A stretch of DNA of 63,427 nt, counting the filler, from Conidiobolus incongruus B7586 (Eukaryota): NCBI GenBank assembly GCA_000697335.1. It is 4 parts of 4 records of this genome, joined end to end, with 100 filler letters (N's around TTAATTAATTAA, not from the genome) between each part and the next. Parts side by side here need not be neighbours in the genome. Positions count along the whole stretch, not along the records: positions 2,114 to 29,251 come from JNEM01006627.1; 3 more parts are not named here. One strand, given 5' to 3'. The notes beneath the pieces were generated by a model. It was not told the DNA's origin. It was given only the letters and a program-made list of their open reading frames with translations, and did no database searches. Shown here in pieces: positions 13,178-27,940 of this stretch (its first letter is position 1; each line of letters opens with the position of its first letter). The translations under genes and the position numbers were made by a program.

Positions 13178-13949
13178 TAAATTTTAACATGTATTGAGTA
13201 GTTTTTAAGATTTTAGAATTTAATTTATTATAATAAAGGATATAATACAATGTATTTAAAAAATTAATTAAGTGGAAAATAGATTAAGCTTTTATTGACA
13301 TTATAATTATATCAGTAACTGATATAGATATAACATTGAATAAATTATCAATGGAAAGATTTCGAATTTTAATATATCTAAGATATTGAAAATTCAATTC
13401 AAAATTATACTTTATTGTAGCCAATATATATCTGTGTTTTATTTACAATATTTTTAAATTCTATCAAATTTTTTAATTTCTGATTATTCAAAAATATTGC
13501 TAATTTAGATTATATATATAATAAATAAGAAAATATATATTTTAAAGCTATATGTAAATATAAAATACTTTTTTCACTAAAAAATTATTGAAATTTATGA
13601 TTAAATTTAATTATGCTTAAACTAAAGAATAATCATCAAAAGTCTTTAATTTTAATATTAGTAAAACTCAATCAAATACTTTTAAAATTATTTAAAATTT
13701 ATAAAGAGTTTATAAAAATGATGTTTTATTGAAATTAATTATATATTGCTAGGTAAATTACTTCAAAGTTAAGAAATTATTTAAAATTAATTTTAATTGT
13801 TACTCTCTTAAATATAAATAAGGTATAAATCATATTACCAAATATCTTTTTATTTTAATTAAAAAATTATTAAAATAATTTATTATTAGTTATATAAATT
13901 TATTATATATATTAAAGTTTAAATTTTAATTAATTAATTAATAAAAATA

Positions 13950-14600
13950 TCAAATAAATGCCTTATAATTTAATTAATATATAAAAAAACTATAGTTATA
14001 ATTAAATAAAATCTATTAGAGTATAACTAAAAAACAAGGCTTGTATAGTATATTATTATAATTGATTAATTATAAATCCTTTTGTGTAATTCCTTATTAA
14101 AACATAGAGTTAAAATAATCTCCTTTATAAATTTTAATTAATAAATATTTTGTTATAAACAAATATTAATTGTTATAATTATTTATGATAATATATACTA
14201 TTCTTATTTAATTCTTAAAGAGAAAATTTATTAATAATAAGTTTTATATTATTTTTTTAAATAAATAATTTTTAATTGGTATTCTTTTTGTAATTTAATA
14301 ACATATAATATTTTATAAAAAAAATTATAGAATATATAAAGTTATAAAAATTTTTCTAATTAAAAATCACTAAAAAACTATTACAGCAAGAATATTTATA
14401 AAATTAAAACTTATGTCATTATAATTGGTTTAAACAATTAAAAAATCAGTTTACAAGAAAATTTCTATAAATAAATTTAATTAGTTTATAAAATATTAAC
14501 TTTCAGTTTTTAATGAAAAAAACATTAAGTGTTAAAAGTTTGCCAAAATATAGAAAAAAATTAATAACATAAAAAATATTGATTTTATATTAAATATTCA
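13950..14600 (+). repeat. Dispersed AT-rich repeat, copy B
   Basis: aaagttataaaaatttttctaattaaaaatcactaaaaaac (14338-14378) closely matches the reverse complement of ~48620-48665. Collinear with copies A and D. Ends approximate. Confidence 0.7.
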
Positions 14601-15218
14601 TTTTTGTAAATTATGTAATAAAGTGTGTTTAATTTCAACCTTAAAAAGCCTTATTATTGAAAATCTAGAGTAATATTAATTGAATATATACAAGAGATCA
14701 TTGCCAGAGATTATAATATTAAAATATATACTATGATAATCAATGAATCTATTATAATATACATCAATCTTAAAAACATAAAGTAATTATTGAATTATAT
14801 ATAATAGTTTAGTTTTTATTTTTCATTGAAATTATGGTAAAATCTAGGTTAGTTAATTCTGTTATTATACTATTTGATTATATTTTCAACTTGATTTTGA
14901 ATTTTTAATAGTAACCTATAAATTTAAATAGAATTCTTAGATTCAAAAGAAATATATTTCATTGATTATTCTATATATTATGAAAATACGAATAAATTAA
15001 AATATATTAGATTTATTGAAAAATTTATTTTTGTTTACAAATAAAGATTTATACATTATTTTCATTGAATAATATTGAATATATGATTAATTAATTCAAT
15101 GATTATATATTGATGTTAAAATATTGTTAATATAAATAAATAAAACGCCAAATAATGGCTTGATATGAGAGTTTGTTGGTGTTGGGCGATAGTTGGATAT
15201 CCGTTCATTCGTCAGAGA

Positions 15219-18200
15219 TTAAATTACATTGAGTTTGCTTGCTTTAGGTTTCAAAACCAGATTAAATAAATGTTGAAACTCTGTGGGCTCTTCTTCCGCT
15301 CCTCCCGAGACACAATGAATAATATTCTTCGAAGTATCACAAAATAAAGATCGAGAGTTACCTGTGGGAATCACTTGGCGGAGTTCACTCGTCTCAACAT
15401 CCCATATCTCGACGAATTCAGGGCTGAATCCAAGTAGATAAGGGTATTGAAATGCAAATGACTCGGGTTTACCTTCCCAATTCAATATTTTATTTGGCCT
15501 AGATCTGATTCCTTCTTTATCTACATAAAATGCAAATTGATCATAGCAAAGAATAAAGTCTCTGTTTTGAATTCTGAAAATCGAAATAGGTTTGATGTTA
15601 TCGCGTTTTAGCACGAATTGTAATGATTCATCAGACGGGTTGAGTAACCCTTGAGTATTCAATGTTTCAAGGTCAACAATTTCAAATCCCTTCGCACATC
15701 CTACACATAGCTTGGTCTTCATGAAATGAAGAGAAGTAGATTCACTAGGAATATAGAATTTCTAATTCAAAAGATTAAAATATGGCAACTAGAATGATAA
15801 AAATATAAATACTTACTTTATACAATCTCATTCCATCTTTTCCAGCTCTCATCAAAAACCTTCCGAAGTTAGACTTTTTACCACTCGTAAGAAGAACAGG
15901 TTCAAGAGTTTTGATGATTGAAGTAAGAGCTGTGGATTTCACAATACACACAAGATGACGGCCCAAACAGACACCTACTTTGAAGAAGCTTACATGAGAG
16001 CCAATATGCCTTCCCTTAGTAATATTTAAATCTTGAGAATCCAAGGCATCAAGGGCGAAGGTAGTAAGAGTCTTGTCGGCGAGTACAATAAACATATTAT
16101 ATTCCTCCAATACTTCGATTTGGGTGACTTTCTCTAAATCCATAACTTTTTCAAACTTCCTGCGATGCCCAGCATTGCTAAGCTGCTCCGACGATATGTT
16201 AGTGTAGACACCTACATCGGTACCAATGATGATTCTTCTACCATTGTCTAATAAAGTGATGTATAAGTATGGTGATTAGGAAAATATAATATCAATTTTA
16301 AGGTGTGCTAATGTTTAGACTTACCAAAAGTTGAGGAGCATGTAACTCGATTATTTGCTAGTTTAAAGTCAAATTTAGAGATAGTAACCTTCTCAAAGAT
16401 TGCATTTTTGTCTGTAATCAGTTTCTTTTGTCTCTCAATCTTTTCTTTCCAAAGTCTACGTTCTGTGATCGTATTTGCATTAAGCGTGATTGTAAAACCC
16501 AATTTACCAAGATGTGTAATATTGAGTGGGTAGCCTGATGAGCCCTTGCTCGGGGTTTCTGGTATGTAAGCTGGTGCAGACATTGGGGGAGGAGAAATGA
16601 CAGTTCCAGGAGTGGATTCTGATGTATCTGAATTGCCACCGTAACTGAGCAATGACGTAGCTCGACGAGAAAGAAAGCCAGCGGGCCCAGAGTTGGTAGA
16701 TGGAGTGTGTGAATTGGTGGGTGTTATTGAACTACTTACTACTGAGGAGTTACTGGACCATCTGTAATTAGTTGTGGGATTGGGCGGTGATTCATTGGGA
16801 ATAGATACTTGTATAAATTCCAATGGTATTGGCTAGATAATAGTATTGTCAGTTATTGATAAGAAAAATGGTGTAGTGGAAAAAGTATGTAATAAATCAA
16901 TTGAGATATCAAAATATATTACCTGTTTGTGTATTTTGTAATCACATGGTTCTCCACTCCATCCAAGAGCATAATTTGCACCGCTATTATATTGACTAGA
17001 ATTTTCTTTGACCTTTTTCTTTTTGGTCATCAAAAACATATGATCAAACAGAAAGCATTGTAATTCAGTTGTGTCTACTCCCTGTTTTTTCTTGAGCAAA
17101 CCATCTCGAATGATCAATCTATTTTCATCAGGAAGATTCAATGCTGCTAGTTGTTGTGGCGTGCCATGAAGTTTCTGCTCCAATTTGATCAATTTAATCT
17201 TATTATCCGCTTTTCCAGTTTCAAGGTTGATTCTCGTTAGCAGAGATTTGATTATTTCAGTAGTTTTAGTAAGATCGTGATGATCGGGGTGATCTAGAGG
17301 AGTATGTTTCAAAATGACATCGAGTAGCAATGGGTACTTTCCAAGTCGCGTGGTGGGACGACCTAAAAAGGATTGAATAGGAAGCTTTCGCAATTCTGTC
17401 CAATGTTCTCTTTCCTATAGAATTTGTTTAATAAAATCAAAATAAAAATTTAGAAATATATTTTACCTCTAAAAACTCCCTTAATTGTGCATTATTTTCC
17501 ATTTCTCGATCCAAAGTGAATTTGGCAAAGAGCTGGTGAGCGCCATATGCAACAAACGGTTCAAAATAGTTGATATGCTCAAGAAATATATCGCCAATTT
17601 TGGTAACAACGTTTCGGTCCTGAACTTGCCGGGTGTTAAGAGCTTTGGAAAATCGACTAGTAATAGATATAAGCTCTTGAACATTGAAAAAGACTTGATC
17701 AATAAAGGTATTTCTTCGATCTTCTGGTATAATGTCATTGGAATAAGCAAGTGGTTGGATGAAATACTCATTTAATAGCATAAGATCTTCCAAAAAATCG
17801 CTTTCAGTGTAGATAGCCTCATAAATCGCCTCCTGACGCTTCTTTTCTTTATCAGGAGTGGATTCAAGCACACTAGGAGGTACGATGTCTGCCCATACTT
17901 TGCCCATATCACGCTGTTTGGGAAAATTGCTAATAGAATTAAGGTGGCGGTTAAGAGCAGGCGATGCCTTGGGCTTGTTTGGGCAACTAGGTGAATAACA
18001 GAATATAGCACTACCTGGTTGACATACTGGTGAGTAGCAACGTGTGTAACAAGTAAAAATCCCATTAGCAATGTTAATTTTGTTGACACTACCACTCAAT
18101 GACATGGCTGATGATGATTTCAATTCGGATGATGTAATCTTTTGGTCCATTTGGTTTGACTTATCTACACCACTAAGAGAGTAAATCTCACATGAGTTAT

Positions 18201-20222
18201 CAATAAAGGTATCTGATTCAAATGTGGCATCATTAATTAATCGATATTTATAAAGTGATCTTAAAATCATTAAACAACCCTTTCTATCTATTCCAGGTAT
18301 AATGAATGATAGAGTATCAACGGCTTGTTTTCCTGTAAATGTGTTTGGATATTGTAAATGATCCTTCTTATGTGTTGTTAATGGAATGGCAGTTACAAAT
18401 CTGGCATATATGGTGGATAAGCTATACGCCTCATCAAATGTAATGATAGAAAGATCCAAATCAATTTGAGTTGGCGGTGTTTGTTGAGCACCTTTGTTAT
18501 TTCTGGAAAAATTGAAAGTAGAGAGTGCTGAAGGAGGAGTAGACCATCTACTTGATGTATTAGAATTTGAATTGGATCTCACTCTTCGATTAACAAACGG
18601 TGATGGATTGAAAATAGATTTTCTGACGTTTCCAGATTTTTTCTCCTTTTTGAGTGATTTATCTGATTTTTGAGATTTTTCGGAGTTTTCAGAAGTCTTG
18701 GTAGATGATCGGTCAAGACTATCGGGTAGAACTGGTAATGGTCTGTGCTCATGTGGTATAGACGGTAGTGGTTTAGAACGACTAGATTGTAATGATGAAT
18801 TTCGCGTAGGTTTGTTAACAGTGTCTAATTTAAGCTTATTTGTTGGTGATTTCATATCAATCATATGATGAGGAACTGGGGATTTCATTTGCTCTATGGA
18901 TGCTCTCTTATTGGATTGAGAGTTTTTAGATCGACTGGAAGATGAAGAGCGTGTAATTGGGAGGAGGGGAGTATCAACAGTCTCCGCAGATGCTTTCACA
19001 TTTGATGAAGAACTCTTAGTTCCATTAGAAGATAAAGAGCGTGAAATCGGAGAAGGCGTGGTGTCATTAATCTCTGCAGATGTTTTTCTATTAGTTTGAG
19101 AACTAATGGATCTGCTTAAAGATGTTGAACGAGCAATTGGGGGAGGTGGGACGTCATCAGTTTCTATAGCATCAAGTATTGTACTTCTTTTAGGTAATGT
19201 TGGCGTTGATACTTTTTTGAGACTCTTTCTTATGATGTATCTATTATCAATTGAAGGGTTAATTATATCAGGTTCAGACTCCTTAGGTGGTGTTTGTAGA
19301 GCTTCAGAAAAAGATTTAGTAGAATTTGAGCCAGTTGCAGAGTCGTGATTTATCACACTGGTAGGTGGGGATCTCAGGTTAATTGTTATTGGTGGGTCAT
19401 TATTATGGCTGTCTTGTCGTCTCAAAGATTTTCTTATTGTGTTGTTTCTTTTTATCTTCGGCCCACTAATTGTTTCATTTCGTTCAGGTTTATAACTGCT
19501 TTCGTCAACTAAAAATAAATGGTTAGAAATCATCATTAAAATAATTTCAAATATGAATGCTATTCTATTATTAAGAATTTTTTTTCGCATTAGTATGCAA
19601 ATTAAAATGAAAAAAATTGGATGACCATAAAGTATATATTTCACATTGTTGTTCAATGATGTTTAGTCTTTAATTTATAAAGACTAATATTTTAACTAAA
19701 TTGTAAAACAATCTCCTAAATTTTTAGTTTCAAGTTGTTTGAAATTGAAAATGAATAATTGCCGCTCTAGTTATAATAAATGATATTCCGCCTTCAAAAT
19801 TATATCTCCTAAAATAAATAAATAAATAGTGGAATTCACTTACTGTGAGAGCTTAAATCTAGGTTTAAAGCAGTCGGTGATTCTGACGAAATTTCAGTTG
19901 GTTCTTTTGGCAGAGGCTTTTTAACAGGAAGAGGAACTGAAGACAAATTCGATTTTTCATTTATAGTTGGGGGTTCTGAAGGCACTGGGGATAACTGTTG
20001 TTCCCAAAGTAGGTGATGTGGAAAAAGGTCGTTTAAACAAGGATCCAAGTTCACCTGTGTGGCCACTGGTTTGGCAGGAACCTGCGAATTTGCCAAACTT
20101 TGTTTGAAGAAAGGGGAGGACAAAATCCGATTTGATAATTGTTTTTTTGGTGTTGTTGATTTAGGTTGAGAGGATTGATTATTGGACATATTAGTATTCG
20201 TCTTAAGGTCATTGATAGTCAT
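15219..20222 (-). CDS. ROM2: Rho1 guanine nucleotide exchange factor, Rom1/Rom2/Rgf type (DEP-DH-PH-CNH)
   Basis: DEP-like KDHLQYPNTFTGKQAVD; CYSPVC...CYSPSCP; DH motifs EKKRQEAIYEAIYTE and FLGRPTTRLGKYPLLL; PH motif FLFDHMFLM; CNH motifs KTKLCVGCAKGFEIVDL and WEGKP. Long Ser/Pro-rich N-terminus. Multi-exon. Confidence 0.92.
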
Positions 20223-22816
20223 AATAAATATCTGAATAAGACCAGAAGAGTATTTTAAATATGCTGAATATAAATAATTGATTAATTAGCGAATCTATAT
20301 AGTGTTATATTATACAATATTTAATTGAAAAGATTAATATTAAAAGTTGAATAATCAAGTGAATTAAAATAAAAACAAATCAATCAAATTTCCATTTTAT
20401 GATTTAACTAATTAAATCATCATAAAACAGTACGATTTTCATTATTCTTTCACTCTTTAATTTCACATTTCCCAATTTGCATGCATTTATGTCATATCAA
20501 ATGAAGGAGTAAGGGAAATCTTTGGAGTTAATTGATTTTTATTATTTTAGATCTCGAATTAATAAAACATTATTATATTAATCTTAAAATCATGTAATAT
20601 TTTATTGAATATATAAGAATCAAAGATATAATAAGATTAATGTTTCCAACTCTTCGTATCAATTAAATTTGGAATTAACATTTTTAAAATAATATATAAT
20701 ATAAATTGTAGATCTTTGTTCCAATTACATTCAGTTCATTTTTATTAAATGATATGCAAATTAACTATAAACTTCATTTGATAATTATGAAATAGCCATT
20801 TAATATGCATAATTATATTAATCTTGATAAATGTTATGGTTCAGAGTGATAATGAAAATTTGAAATCAAAATTTACACATCTGATTACTGCGCTGAAATA
20901 ATATGTGAATTTAATTAGATTTGGGATTCCCATAGAAAGTCAGATAAAACAAGTTATCTCGCTAAATCTTTGTTAGCACCCAGGTCAACATCATTATTAA
21001 ACTTATTTCAAAAATGTATAATTAATTTAATTGCTTCATTCTCTAAATTTATATTGTTTTTGATTTACCTTTCACTTTGATATTTGACATTTCTAATTCC
21101 ATGAAATATTTAAGGGAACGAAAAATAATTTTCCGAACCCTTAATTTTTAGAATCAAGTTAATTTGATCAAATATTAATTTCAAATGTTTAAACTAATAT
21201 CCACTAGACTTCAACTCATTTTATTTTGATATATGAAATAATATTTAAAAATTATAGCATACTATATCAAATGTTAAACATAGATTAATTATTTATCCTC
21301 CTTATTAATAGGGCTATTAAAAAATATGAAATTATTACTAATTTGTAAATAAATTATTAATGAAAATATTGAATTTAAAACCTGAATATATCTAATGGAA
21401 TAAGTGGTTAAAGAGGTAAGAAACTGCCTTTTTAATGATTTAAACATTAAAGTAAATAGTTTTTTATTTTGTTATAATTTATTTTAGTTACCTTGACGAA
21501 AAAGTGATATTTTAAATCCTTGTGTTATTAACTTTTTTAGATCATTGTTAGATTGAATATATATAATAATTTCGAAATAATACAATCTAATAATATAAAT
21601 TTATTTGTTTTGTACATTTTAAAAGGTATACAGTTTTAGCTCAATATAGTGTATATAATTTATTTTATGATTTTGTTAATACAAAAAATTTAATAATACT
21701 GAATTGAAATAATAACTAAAATCTAGTGCATTAAATTGAATATTGGCAATCATTCCTAAATTTGAATTATTAAAAACACAGCTATAAATTGTGACCAAAA
21801 TAAAATGTTGGAATCCTCAGTTTTATTTTTAACAGGGTTGACAATGCGGAGTTTAAAAATTATAATGTAAAAGATATCTTCGTTCAAAACTTAAAATAAT
21901 TTTGCATCAAAAATCAAAAATAATGGGCCTTTAAATTTTTTATAAGAACTATGAATAATAACTAAATGTAATCAACTTTATCAGATTTGATGAAATCAAG
22001 TAAATTTGTCTTCAAAGTAATTTTTTCAATCTTTACCTAAAAATTTTTCATATATCAATTATATATTATAATAGGTATGTTTATAATAATATTTTCCGGT
22101 TAACCAAGTTTTACAATAATTAACTATCAATCATATTGTTTTAAAACATGTATACAAAATTTGACGTTTTCATATTAGAATTTCACAATTTACAAAATTA
22201 GATAAATCATTTTGCAAGTATCATTATACAAACGATTAACTATGAAGGCATTTTAGAAATGAACTAATAAGGTATTATAATTATAGCATATTATTCTCAA
22301 ATATTATTGCTGGAAAATGTGTTTTAAAAGTTCTTTGGAATTGTTATAAAGATAATATGAAATGAATTATTTTCATAAGTCAAGTTGATATAATTACAGA
22401 CCGAATTGAGTTAAAAATATAATATTATTTAATTATTAAAAATTATATATATTCTATTATTTGTTAAAAGAAATCATTTTATTCTTAGAATACAAAAAAT
22501 ATTTGAAAAAATATTAATGATCGATGAATTAAGTGTAATATGTTTCTATTGACCCGATCACATATCTAATAGATTCTATATTATATATATTCAAAACAAA
22601 AAATCAAACCAACTGTGAAATCTTTTTGTAATACTATTACTCAATTTATCAGAAATGATAAAAATAAGTAATGAGATATCCCATATTTTTTGGCTTTGTA
22701 AATTGGATTTAAAATTTATTCAATCCCATAATAATTAGATATAAAATATGTTTATATATTCTCAATTTGGTCAAAATTACCAGTGCATTAAATCCAAAAA
22801 TTTTATTTAATACAAA

Positions 22817-23479
22817 ATGGAAAGATCAATCAATGATGAGATAAACTATTATTTGAAATTTATTGAAACTCAGTTAAAACCAGATTTAAATAAGATTAAT
22901 ACCCAACTGTTTAAATTAAATTATCATTTAGATGAATTGTAAGTACAAAATATAACTTTGATTATTATTATTATTAAATATTGATATCTAACTTTATTAT
23001 AGTAATAAATTAAAATTACAAATTGAAACTATGATCAATCAAAAAATTAAGAAACTATCTACTCAAATCGATATGGGCTGTGGTATATTTTACGAAGCTG
23101 AAGTGTAAATACCTTTTTAAATTATAATTTTATTTTTTCATTAACTTAATTTTAAATATAGGCCCGATACAAGTTTCATTAATATTTTAATTGGTTGTGG
23201 TGTTCATGTCGAATTTACTTTAGAAGAAGGTTTAGAATATGTTAATAAGAGGATAATTACTTTGAATAAGTAAGAATAGATATTGATGGAAATTTTTATA
23301 CCAAATAATTAATTTTTATTTTAGCAAAATAAATGCTCTAAATAAAAAGTCCGCAAATATTAGAGCTAATGTTGGAATGGTAATAATTTAATTATATTAT
23401 AATTTATATAGTACTAATTAATTATATTTAGATGAGTGAAGCAATTCAAGAATTACAAAAATTAGAAGATAAAGCTTAA
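22817..23479 (+). CDS. UXT: UXT-like prefoldin alpha subunit (absent from ORF track)
   Basis: Exons 22817-22938, 23003-23104, 23162-23269, 23325-23379 and 23432-23479 splice in frame to 144 aa: ...FIETQLKPDL...TQIDMGCGIFYEAEVPDTSFINILIGCGVHVEFTLEEGLEYV...KSANIRANVGMMSEAIQELQ. Confidence 0.85.
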
Positions 23480-24373
23480 TTCAATAATATATCTATATAT
23501 ATTATATTTAATTGTAAATTAATTATAAATAATAAAATTTTTTAGACGAATATTTCATATTTGCTTTTATCTGTTTTGATTGTAGTTACAAAATATGAAA
23601 ATATATCCAAAATCAATTAAAATTAGCTTAATTAAGGTTTATTGGTAAATCAATATAAAATTTCAAAATAATCTAAATTGAAAGAATATGATCTCGTTTA
23701 TCTAGATTCACAATAATAGTTAGTTAATGATTCATTAAGTTAATTGTATATTAGCTTTGTTTAGTTTTAGAATGTTATCGTATATGGATTTAAATGATAA
23801 TAAATAGTATATTTATATTATCTAAGATTAAGGCCGGCATGAATATTTTAATAAATTTTATGAGAATATATAAATTTTATCATTTTAATTGAAATTAGTA
23901 TCAACTGATTTAATAATATAATACACTAAAATATAATACTTTAGTTTGTAATGTACATTTATTAATATCAAATAATCAAGCATATTAATTTTTATAAATT
24001 ATAACCTAATTATTCAAATATTTTAATAACAAAATAATAAACGGTTTTGTATCATGATTAAATACAATATCAAATATATATCATTTTAGATCTAACTTAA
24101 GTCATAGTGACGGGTTCTTAAAGAATGTAATCTCGTTTTGACACGTAGATTTGGTAAGTTAAGGCTATAAAACTTTCTAAAATTCATTTTGTCATTATTT
24201 AAGATCAATCATTATTGTATTTTATGCATTTATTAAATGTAAAAGATATCAGTTTTTTATATAAAAAGTTTTGATGATACTATACATAGTCAATTGATTT
24301 ACAGTCATAATAGTTATATTTTTCATCGGTTTATTCCAATTCTCTATAGGCTCTATTAACTGAATAATAATCA

Positions 24374-25169
24374 ATGAATCAACCTTCACAACCTTCAAAC
24401 ATCGAATCTATACACGCATTGAATGAACATTTTTTTGGTACTACAATAGGTATTACCCGGTTTCCATAATATATCATTATATTTTGGCTAATTCTTTGGG
24501 TATTTACCAGGCAAAATTTTAACTAAAGATGATGCAGTAATTATTATCAGTAAGTGTTATATATATTGAATTTCCATCAAAGGTTTTGATGATGTTTCAA
24601 TTACTTAGAATGTTGCCATAATGGCATTTTACCTTTAGTTACTCAAAAACCAAGCAAATCGCAATTGACACAGATTGATTCGGGTTGGATTTTCGTATTC
24701 ACTGATTCTCTGGGTATTAAAAGATGGAAAGACACAATTAACTGGTCTACATCGAGAAAAAAGAGTGGTATGTTCACATACTTTGAAGTCTCGCATCACT
24801 TTTTACCAATTGAAAGAAAAGTTATCAATGGGCAGAAGATCAATATTTACTCAGTCCACGCACAAGAACAAATCAATCAATTAACTGAAACTGGCCCAAG
24901 TGATAATATGATCCATTTTGCTAACTTTTCTCATCCTTATAAAATCGAATGTGCTAAAGGAATTTACTTTTTGAGAAGAGATGGATTGATTAAGAGTACT
25001 TGTACCTATAAAATTGACTCTACCAAGTATTATTTGGTAAGTTATTTAAGATCTCATGGTAATGAATACTTATAAAAGTTTAATACGTTGTTTTAACAAT
25101 TTTATAGATTTTGTCTCCAATCGATTTTTGAGACCTCAACAAACATATTTAGCGAATTTGATAGAATAA
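24374..25169 (+). CDS. Gti1/Pac2 (WOPR-domain) transcription factor
   Basis: Exons 24374-24437, 24511-24549, 24609-25058 and 25108-25169 give ~204 aa. WOPRa: FFGKILTKDDAVIIIKCCHNGILPLV...IDSGWIFVF..SLGIKRWKDTINWSTSR. WOPRb: DGLIKSTCTYKIDSTKYYLVSY...FLRP. Confidence 0.82.
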
Positions 25170-27009
25170 TTTAATATTAAGTGTATTGAAGACTACAAAT
25201 TTGTCAAGTACAGTGGTAAGATACTTAGTATATGTACTTGATTTAAACCATATTAATTGTTATTTGTCTGCTAGATTGTTTATCTAAATTTTATCAAATA
25301 ATCACATTTTTATGATTTGCTCATAGTTTGATACCAGATTTTTGCAATATATTTAGTTTTTAATAAAATGTTAATTATAGTAGTATTGAAACAATTTTCA
25401 AAATTGATGTTTAAATTTCAATAGTTAAATAGTTCAAACTATACATTCTATATAATTCATAAATATAGTTTTATGAAAATAATGAAAGACTATATTTAAT
25501 TGGCTTTAACTTTAGTTTTAATATATGTATTTTTAAGTTTGGAAATAGACACTGAAACTAAGATTTTTATACTAGATCAATTTCTATGTTTACATCAAAA
25601 ACTAATACTTTAGACAAAATTATCATTTTGTTCAATTAAGTGAGTAGTTTAAATATATGTTTTGTTGAAGAACCATCTAATATATATTTGAATACAATAA
25701 TGCACAATATACTCTAGTCTAGATCAATTCTTTATAATACAACCTTGTTTATATTAAAATTAGTTCAAAAATTACCCAGAATGTCCAAGTTACAAGGAAG
25801 TATAAGTATTTTTTAATCAATTTGAAATATCAATATCTAATAATCCCCTTATTATTCAGAAGTATATTTTATATACTAACAAATTTAGAAAATATTTTTC
25901 CATCAATTGATTAATATTCTATTTCAAATGTGATAATAAATTTTATGACAATTATCAAAGCTATTAATTGATTTTTCTAATTATTGATTTTGAAAGTTAA
26001 TTTGGATTAGATAAATTATTACTGATCAAAAATACTGTCGTTATTATAGATCAATGCTAAAAAATAAAAATAAAAAGGTCAAAATATTATATATAATAAC
26101 ATACTTTATAATTCAATCTCTTACATTAATTCATATGCTTTACCTTAAAATTCTCTTCATTCGTTAAACCTGAATTGATTAATCTCAAAAATATACCTTA
26201 ATCCTCTTTGAAAATTTTTACTTGTTATCTATGTTTTAGTAAAGTTCTGATTTAAAAATATACAGTTTCAATTCAATTAATATTTCCTATTTAAGATATT
26301 ACTGTGTCCCAAAATGTCATTTAACTTCTTCCATGTAAATTTAAAAGAACCAACCCGCTTTGTTTAGGAAATTTTTGTTCTATATCAAAAATCTATTCAA
26401 AAAAATTAATATTATTTTATGTCTTGATATAAGTAAAATTAAGAGCACATAGATATTATTATCATTTTATTTAAACAATAGAGGAATGGATATAATTTTT
26501 TTGATTAAATACAGGGTTAAAATTGAAATACTCTCGTGGTAGGTATATAAATTGTATTTTGGGACATGGCAATAATTAGTATTATTTTATATATTATATA
26601 TTATTACCTATTAATAAATTTTGCAAAGTTTCATTTGTTGGTAATTTGTTTTCAATTCAACAAAAAATATATACTGAATTAAAATAAATGTCAATAATCT
26701 CTATAAAAAAATAGGATTAATAAAATAAATCTTATAAATATTTTATATTAATATTTTTTATAAATCTACAGCAAATATCTTTTATATTTCAAAGTTTTCA
26801 AAATGAGAAATTTAAAAGGTAATTTAAGTTAATTAAATAACTTGTAAAATTTTATGAATACCTTCAAATAATCTTTAATTTTCATATTCCAGAATCAATT
26901 GGAATAAGAACCTTAAAAATTATTATCATAATGATTCCTCACATTAAGGTTGATTAACATTTTTTAAAAAAAATAATAAATTATTTATCATAGCGGTTTG
27001 TAATTTGAT

Positions 27010-27940
27010 ATGGGAAAGAAAGTTGTATTGATATATGCTCAAATGGAGGTATTGGATCGCAATTGGCTCAGGGATTTAGTTTAAGTAATTGTCAAGAGTT
27101 CGCCACATCCACTGATAAAAGCAAAATATCAGATTTGGAACCTTACGGATGTCGATTATTAGAATTAAATGAGCTTGATGCGAATTCTGTAGAATTAGAA
27201 GTTGAAGAAGTGATTAGAAAGGCTGATAGAATTGATAATTTGGTGAAAAATGCAGGTGTTACAATTTCAGCGCCTACGATCGAGACTGGTATTGAGTAGG
27301 TAAACCATGCTTATCAAACGAATGTCTTGGGATTACTTAGAGTCACTCAGTAGGTTACTCCTTATATGGTTTGTTTTATTCTAAGTATATTATTGTTTTT
27401 GGTTTTGAAGGTTTATAAACCGAAATTAAATCGGGAACTGTTGTTAATATTGGATGTGTTGCTAGTGAGATCAATACCCATACTCAGGTAATTAGCCACT
27501 TTTTAAGAATAAACTTAATGGTAGAATACTTATTTAATACTTGGATAGGTACTTATTGCTCTTCAAAGAGTGCCGTAACTAGTTTGAGTAGAGTATTAAG
27601 ATTAGAATTAGCTCCGTTTGATATTGATACTTGAAAAACAGGGTAATACTAAAAGTTATTTAATAATAATCTATTTGTAACTCAAAGTTTAGGGGTGACA
27701 AATCCAATATTGGAAAGAATGAACCCCTCTTTAAAAGTAATTCCAATAGTGAATTCAAACTCTATCAAAATGCACAGGATTATATCCTCAAACATGCCAA
27801 CATCTCCCAAAGCACTCAATATATGGATACAGGCTACTCTTCCAAGCGCATCGTTGCTCATATTTTACGAAGATCATCTCCTACCTACCAGTACTGCTGT
27901 TTCTTCTCTAATCCCTTCAATTTTCTATTCTATCTCTTAG
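27010..27940 (+). pseudogene. Short-chain dehydrogenase/reductase pseudogene (Ayr1-like)
   Basis: Fragments MGKKVVLI / CSNGGIGSQLA (frameshift in the Gly motif), RIDNLVKNAG, an in-frame TAG at 27297, then YQTNVLGLLRVTQ*, and catalytic YCSSKSAV..LRLELAPFDI. The 3' end is approximate. Confidence 0.85.
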
